DNA of 48,170 nucleotides from Christensenella sp. UBA6420 (GTDB lineage Bacteria; Bacillota; Clostridia; Christensenellales; DTU072): NCBI GenBank assembly GCA_002439705.1, contig DJPE01000014.1, positions 321 to 48,490 of the forward strand, read 5' to 3'. Shown piece by piece: positions 43,421 to 48,170 of this stretch (position 1 is its first letter; each line of letters starts with the position of its first letter). The notes under the pieces were generated by a model. It saw only the letters and a program-made list of their open reading frames with translations, ran no database searches and was not told where the DNA came from. The position numbers and the translations under genes were made by a program.

Positions 43421-46400
43421 TCAGTCTTCTTTAATTTTAACGTTGTTATATCCGACCATACCGATAAGGGTAGATTTGAGCGAATCCGGGTTAGCGACGG
43501 TGTAAGGCAAACGATAACCCGTTTTTTTAACCTGTCCGTCTTTATAGGTATCGACCTGAATAATAACTTTGCTCCCCGCACCCTTATTCCGTTCGAGCAA
43601 TTCCCTGACCTTCCGGAAAAGGTCTATATCGTTTTCTATGCGGATACAGAGAGTTCTGTTGTCGACGAATTCTTCTTTCTCTTTCAACGCCCACTGCGAC
43701 ACCGACTGAACTTCGATTTTCGGAATTCCGTCCGCTCCGATATTTATTTTACCTTTTATTCTCACGAGAGCGTCGTCCACCAGAAGGGGTTTGTACTGTT
43801 CGAGCGCGCGGGCGTAAAAGACTATTTCCGTACTGCCCGCCATATCTTCTATCGTGGCGTACCCCCACTTCTTACCCGTCTTTTGCGACGTCTTTATCGT
43901 GACTCCCGACAGTAAGCCGCCGAAATACACTCTGTCGCCGTTGTTTACCTGATATACATCGGGCTTTTCTTCGCCGCCTTCTTCGTCGTTCACGTCTTCT
44001 TCTTCGTCTTCCGTTCTTACGGGAAGCATTTTCGACGTGTCGAAATTAAACTCTTTGAATTCTTCTTCGTATCCGTCGAGCGGGTGACCCGAAAGATATC
44101 TTCCGAGGACTTCCTTTTCGTCCATAAGTTTCGCTCGTCTGTTTTCTTTGACTTCGGTATACTTATAGTCGTCTTCCAACATAAAATCGAAAAACATTTG
44201 TCCGCCGTCCAAAAGTTCTTTCGACTTAATCTCTCTCGCAAGGATATTTTCGTAGTTCGCCATAAGGGTGCTTCTGTTATGCCCGAAGCAATCGAACGCT
44301 CCGCCCTTAATAAGGCACTCTATCATTCTTCTGTTAAGAGCGTCCATAGGAACTCTTCTCGCGAAGTCGGAAAAACTCGTAAACTTGCCGCCCTGCTTTC
44401 TTTCCTTGACCACGCCGTCGATAGCTCCTTTACCGACGTTCTTTATGCAGACCAAACCGTAACGGATGCCGCCGTTTTCGGGCAGGAACAGACCTTCCGA
44501 CTCGTTAATGTCGGGGGGCAGAAGTTTTATTCCCATATCCTTAATCAGTTTAAGGTATTTAGTGGTGTCGTCGGGACTTCCCAAACGGTTGTTCAACACT
44601 GCGGAAAGGTACTCTACGGGATAATAATGCTTATAGAAAGCGGTCTGATAAGTAAGGACTGCGTACGCCGCGGCGTGCGACTTATTAAACGCATAGTTAC
44701 CGAAGGCTTCCAGTTCGTCCCACAGTTTCAGCGCGAACCCTTCGTCAATGCCGTTTGATATACAACCGCCTACGAACTTCGCCCTGTGTTTAGGTATTTC
44801 TTCGACTTTCTTTTTCGATATGAACTTACGGAAGTTGTCGGCTTCGTTAAGAGTATACCCGGCAAGGTGCTGCGTAATTCTCATCGCCTGCTCCTGATAC
44901 ACGATTATACCGTAAGTGCTTTTTAAGATAGGCTCTAAAAGCGGGTGACGATAGTCTATCTCCGACTGGTGCTGTTTGTTATATACGTACGCAGGGACGT
45001 AAGCCATAGGTCCGGGACGGTACAGCGACACCCCTGCGATAATTTCTTCGAGAAGAGTCGGTTTAAGCTGTTTCATAAAGCCTTTCATACCGCCGCTTTC
45101 GAGCTGGAACACGGTATCGGTTTCGCCACTGCCTATCATCTGATAAACTTCTTTATCTTCGTACCCTAACTTGTCGAAACTTACTTTGACCCCTTCGTAC
45201 TTCTCGACGAAGTCCTGCGCCATTTTTACGTCGGTAAGGGTTTTGAGTGCCAAAAAGTCCATTTTCAGCAGCCCTAACTCTTCACATTCCGTCATATCGA
45301 ACTGAGTGGTTATATCTTCGCCGTTCCTTGACAAAGGTACTTTTGCACTGACGGGATACGGGCATATAATTACGCCTGCGGCGTGTTTGCCCCTGTCCTT
45401 AGGCAGGTCTTCCAGCTGAATGGCTATATCGAAAATTTCTTTATAGGTATCGTTACGATACATCTCGATAAGTTCCGGCACGGCGTGAACGTCGTTCGGA
45501 TCGAGCAGATTCGGGATATGAACTTTTTTATCGTTGTCGGTGATGTTCTTTACGAGCGCATTGCTTTCGGTAAAGGGTATTTTGAAGACGCGACACACGT
45601 TTTTTATAGCGTTCTTTTTCTTCATTTTACCGAAAGTTATTATCTGCGTAACGTGGTCGTAGCCGTATTTTTCGCGGACGTACTCTATTACTTCTTCTCT
45701 TCGGTCGGAACAGAAGTCTACGTCGAAGTCGGGCATGCTCTGGCGGGAAGAGTTCAGGAAACGTTCGAATATAAGGTCGTACTTCAACGGGTCTACGTTG
45801 GTTATTCTTATTGCGTACGCAATTATGCTTCCTACGCCGCTGCCACGCCCCGCGCCTACGGGAATATCGTGGCTCTTTGCGTAGTTGATAAAGTCCCATA
45901 CTATAAGATAGTACGACGCAAAGCCCATCGATATAATGGTCTGCAATTCGTAATCGGCTCTCTCTTTAATTTCGGGCGTTACTTCGCCGTAACGGTCGGC
46001 TAATCCCTTATACGCCATATTGCGGAGATATTCCGCGTCCGCTCCGCCGACTACGAAAAGTACGTTTTTACAATACAAATTGTTCGTTATATTTCCCGAA
46101 TGATAAACGGCGTCGAAATTAGTAGCTCTTAACGCCGCAGGGACGTCGTGCATCCATAAAGATAATCTTCCTTCGACGTCCAAAAACATATACGTTATTA
46201 CCACGTCGGAAAATTCGTTTGTGAACGCCACAGGGAAGACGAAAGAGCCGTTGTCCGTAAGAAAGCAGCCGTTACCCCAAGCAGAACTGCAATTTTCGGG
46301 ATTTTTTCTGTACTCCGAGTAAATATCGACGAGCTTCTTTGCATAATTTGCGAACTCGTCCGCCGAATTAAAGCCGAAAAGATGCGCCGTAACGGTAAGT

Positions 46401-47728
46401 AAATCTGCGCGGTGAGCGCTTACTTCGGGGCTGAAAGTCATTGCGTACGGATAATTCAAACCTATTACCGCAGTGTTTTTGATATCTGCGGGTTTATACT
46501 TCGTAAATTCCGAAAGAGCGTGGTTATAGAGTTCTTTTGCGATTTTATCGAAAGTTTCGTAATCTTCGACGGCTTCGCCTTCGACCGCGGGATAATATTC
46601 CTTTCCGTCGGTCGGTATTTCGAAGTTACTTAAAAATTTCGAGAACTGAATACTGACTTTACTAAAAGAAGCGATTACCGCGTCCAGCGCTTTCAACGTC
46701 GTGTGGTTGGTTAGCTTATTTACGTCGCCGAAATCTCCCGCCGCCATATAGAACGGGTTGCAGTCGTCGTATTTTACGCCGACGGTAGTGCCGCCGCACG
46801 CAGAAACCCGTCTTTCACGCAACTTGGAACACCACCCCGCATCTTCTGCGTAGCCTTCCTGCGGCTGATAATACGGTATGGTATACTGGTGAAACGGTAT
46901 AACGAGATTTATTTTATCGGCGACTTCGAGAGTATTGTCTAACGATTCTTCTTCCCCTATAACCGCCAACATTTCGTCGTAGGTCTTATAGTAAAACTCG
47001 TCGTTCGGAAAACGGAAACGGTTGGGGTCGTCGTAGTCTTTCGCCGTCTGAATACACAAAAGTATGTCGTGCGCTTTCGCGTCGGACTTATAGAGATAGT
47101 GCAAGTCGTTGGTGGCGACGGTCTTTGCCCCTATTTCTTTCGCTATCTTTCTAAGAAGCGGCAGAGCGTGCAATTCTTCTTTTATAAAGTGGTTTTGCAG
47201 TTCTATGTAATAATCGCCTTCGGCGAAAAGTTCCTGCGTCTTTTTCGCGTACGCCAACGCTTCTCCGTACGGGTCGTCGAGAGTTATATCGTTAAGACGT
47301 CTGCTCACGCCCCCCGCGACGCAACCGCTAAGGCAAATAAGGTCGGACGAGTATTGTTTAAGCACGTTATAGTCTATTCTCGGTCTGTCGTAGAACCCGT
47401 CGACGTAGCCGATACTCGAAAGTTTCATAAGGTTGTGAAAACCGTGTAAGTTCTTCGCAAGCAAAATAAGGTGGTAACGGGCGTTGTTCTCTCTCGTCTT
47501 GACGTTCAGATCGTCGGCAACGTAAAATTCGCAACCGATAATGGGTTTTACTTCGTATTTCTGGCAGGCCTTATAGAACTTAATCGCGCCGTACATATTG
47601 CCGTGGTCTGTTATGGCGACGGCTCTCGCCCCCTGTGCTTTCGCTTCCTGTACGAGCTTTTCCACTCTCGTACAACCGTCAAGAAGACTGTATTCGGTAT
47701 GATTATGCAAATGTACAAATTCTTTCAT
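43421..47728 (-). CDS. dnaE: DNA polymerase III alpha subunit (DnaE type) carrying an insertion of about 270 aa
   Basis: PHP start FVHLHNHTEYSLLDG, palm/fingers GFASYYLIVWDFINYAKSHDIPVGAGRGSGVGSIIAYAIRITNVDP, and a C-terminal OB region. It is 1435 aa against about 1160 aa for typical DnaE. Confidence 0.9.
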   Translation of the reverse strand: MKEFVHLHNHTEYSLLDGCTRVEKLVQEAKAQGARAVAITDHGNMYGAIKFYKACQKYEVKPIIGCEFYVADDLNVKTRENNARYHLILLAKNLHGFHNLMKLSSIGYVDGFYDRPRIDYNVLKQYSSDLICLSGCVAGGVSRRLNDITLDDPYGEALAYAKKTQELFAEGDYYIELQNHFIKEELHALPLLRKIAKEIGAKTVATNDLHYLYKSDAKAHDILLCIQTAKDYDDPNRFRFPNDEFYYKTYDEMLAVIGEEESLDNTLEVADKINLVIPFHQYTIPYYQPQEGYAEDAGWCSKLRERRVSACGGTTVGVKYDDCNPFYMAAGDFGDVNKLTNHTTLKALDAVIASFSKVSIQFSKFLSNFEIPTDGKEYYPAVEGEAVEDYETFDKIAKELYNHALSEFTKYKPADIKNTAVIGLNYPYAMTFSPEVSAHRADLLTVTAHLFGFNSADEFANYAKKLVDIYSEYRKNPENCSSAWGNGCFLTDNGSFVFPVAFTNEFSDVVITYMFLDVEGRLSLWMHDVPAALRATNFDAVYHSGNITNNLYCKNVLFVVGGADAEYLRNMAYKGLADRYGEVTPEIKERADYELQTIISMGFASYYLIVWDFINYAKSHDIPVGAGRGSGVGSIIAYAIRITNVDPLKYDLIFERFLNSSRQSMPDFDVDFCSDRREEVIEYVREKYGYDHVTQIITFGKMKKKNAIKNVCRVFKIPFTESNALVKNITDNDKKVHIPNLLDPNDVHAVPELIEMYRNDTYKEIFDIAIQLEDLPKDRGKHAAGVIICPYPVSAKVPLSRNGEDITTQFDMTECEELGLLKMDFLALKTLTDVKMAQDFVEKYEGVKVSFDKLGYEDKEVYQMIGSGETDTVFQLESGGMKGFMKQLKPTLLEEIIAGVSLYRPGPMAYVPAYVYNKQHQSEIDYRHPLLEPILKSTYGIIVYQEQAMRITQHLAGYTLNEADNFRKFISKKKVEEIPKHRAKFVGGCISNGIDEGFALKLWDELEAFGNYAFNKSHAAAYAVLTYQTAFYKHYYPVEYLSAVLNNRLGSPDDTTKYLKLIKDMGIKLLPPDINESEGLFLPENGGIRYGLVCIKNVGKGAIDGVVKERKQGGKFTSFSDFARRVPMDALNRRMIECLIKGGAFDCFGHNRSTLMANYENILAREIKSKELLDGGQMFFDFMLEDDYKYTEVKENRRAKLMDEKEVLGRYLSGHPLDGYEEEFKEFNFDTSKMLPVRTEDEEEDVNDEEGGEEKPDVYQVNNGDRVYFGGLLSGVTIKTSQKTGKKWGYATIEDMAGSTEIVFYARALEQYKPLLVDDALVRIKGKINIGADGIPKIEVQSVSQWALKEKEEFVDNRTLCIRIENDIDLFRKVRELLERNKGAGSKVIIQVDTYKDGQVKKTGYRLPYTVANPDSLKSTLIGMVGYNNVKIKED

Positions 47729-47752
47729 TTGTGTTTCCTTTATCGGTTATTC

Positions 47753-48170
47753 TTATCGTATTTCCGTCGCTATCGACGCTAATTTTCTCATTCTGTGGTT
47801 TATGCAACTCTTGCTTATCGGCGGGTCGAATATCTTTCCCAGCTCTTCCAGCCCTGCGTCGGGGTACGCTAATCTCATTCTGCACGTTTCCGCAAGGGCG
47901 GGCGGCAGAGAGTCGATGCCTATTTTTCGGTCGATGTACTTAATATCGTTTATCTGTTTTTCGCTGGCGTTGACCGACTTGTCGATGTTTGCTAAATCGA
48001 AGTTATTAACTCGGTTTATTCTGTTCTTCATCTGCCGTTCGAGCATGATTTCCTGCAAGGACATTACGCCGAGATTACTCCCCGTTGCGGTAAGGACCTT
48101 TGCTATCGCTTCGGCGTTCTTAACGTAGATTACGCTACCCCTTTTGCGGGTAAGAACGCTGTTGTCGTCC
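47753..48170 (-). CDS. whiA: Sporulation/cell-division regulator WhiA, C-terminal part (N-terminus lies outside the window)
   Basis: The frame stays open to the window edge (DDNSVLTRKRGSVIYVKNAEAIAKVLTATGSNLGVMSLQE...). C-terminal HTH ...PPISKSCINHRMRKLASIA. Confidence 0.75.
   Translation of the reverse strand, partial: DDNSVLTRKRGSVIYVKNAEAIAKVLTATGSNLGVMSLQEIMLERQMKNRINRVNNFDLANIDKSVNASEKQINDIKYIDRKIGIDSLPPALAETCRMRLAYPDAGLEELGKIFDPPISKSCINHRMRKLASIATEIR

Noticed and set aside
46037-46849. The DnaE insertion as an intein
   Set aside because: No Cys/Ser at the N-terminal junction in an intein-like block, no terminal His-Asn followed by a nucleophile, and no homing-endonuclease motifs seen.
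1-48170. tRNA, rRNA, CRISPR arrays and transposase/IS elements
   Set aside because: None found on reading. The integration site is a protein-coding gene, not a tRNA, and the only recombinase is the phage serine integrase.

Overview
The window is a CpG-rich, Firmicutes-type chromosome carrying one complete-looking temperate phage of about 32.4 kb (about 7667-40096). Host genes on the left are trmFO, topA, dprA, comM and a surface protein. Host genes on the right are an ABC transporter, ykvI, dnaE and whiA. The phage is integrated by a large serine recombinase inside the coding sequence of a lipoprotein substrate-binding protein (SBP) gene. Both gene halves, a shared 9-bp core and a 26-bp near-palindromic attP can be reconstructed by eye, and excision would restore a 333-aa ORF in frame. 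Phage layout, right to left and mostly on the minus strand: (1) lysogeny module with three tandem HTH paralogues (the third is an S24 CI-like repressor), a YefM-YoeB toxin-antitoxin pair and the integrase. (2) Early region with a hexapeptide-repeat protein, a Cro-like protein, Gp157, a Rad52-type annealing protein (SSAP), an ERCC4 nuclease, a replisome organiser with internal 11-bp-phased iterons, a C5 methyltransferase and a putative late regulator. (3) terS, terL, portal, a MuF protein with a toxin-like C-terminal module plus a small acidic ORF, scaffold and capsid. (4) Neck and tail genes with no tape-measure-sized gene. (5) A collagen-like fibre. (6) Three translationally coupled membrane proteins next to attL. 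I see no recognisable endolysin. The most unusual feature is a terminator-bounded, AT-rich cassette of 2-3 genes present twice (16468-17568 and 27982-29120). Each copy has an N-terminal HPRDGDGKF motif protein with a divergent body and a roughly 85-90 percent identical 90-aa acidic protein. Its function is unknown. All calls come from reading the sequence and ORF track; no database search was run.
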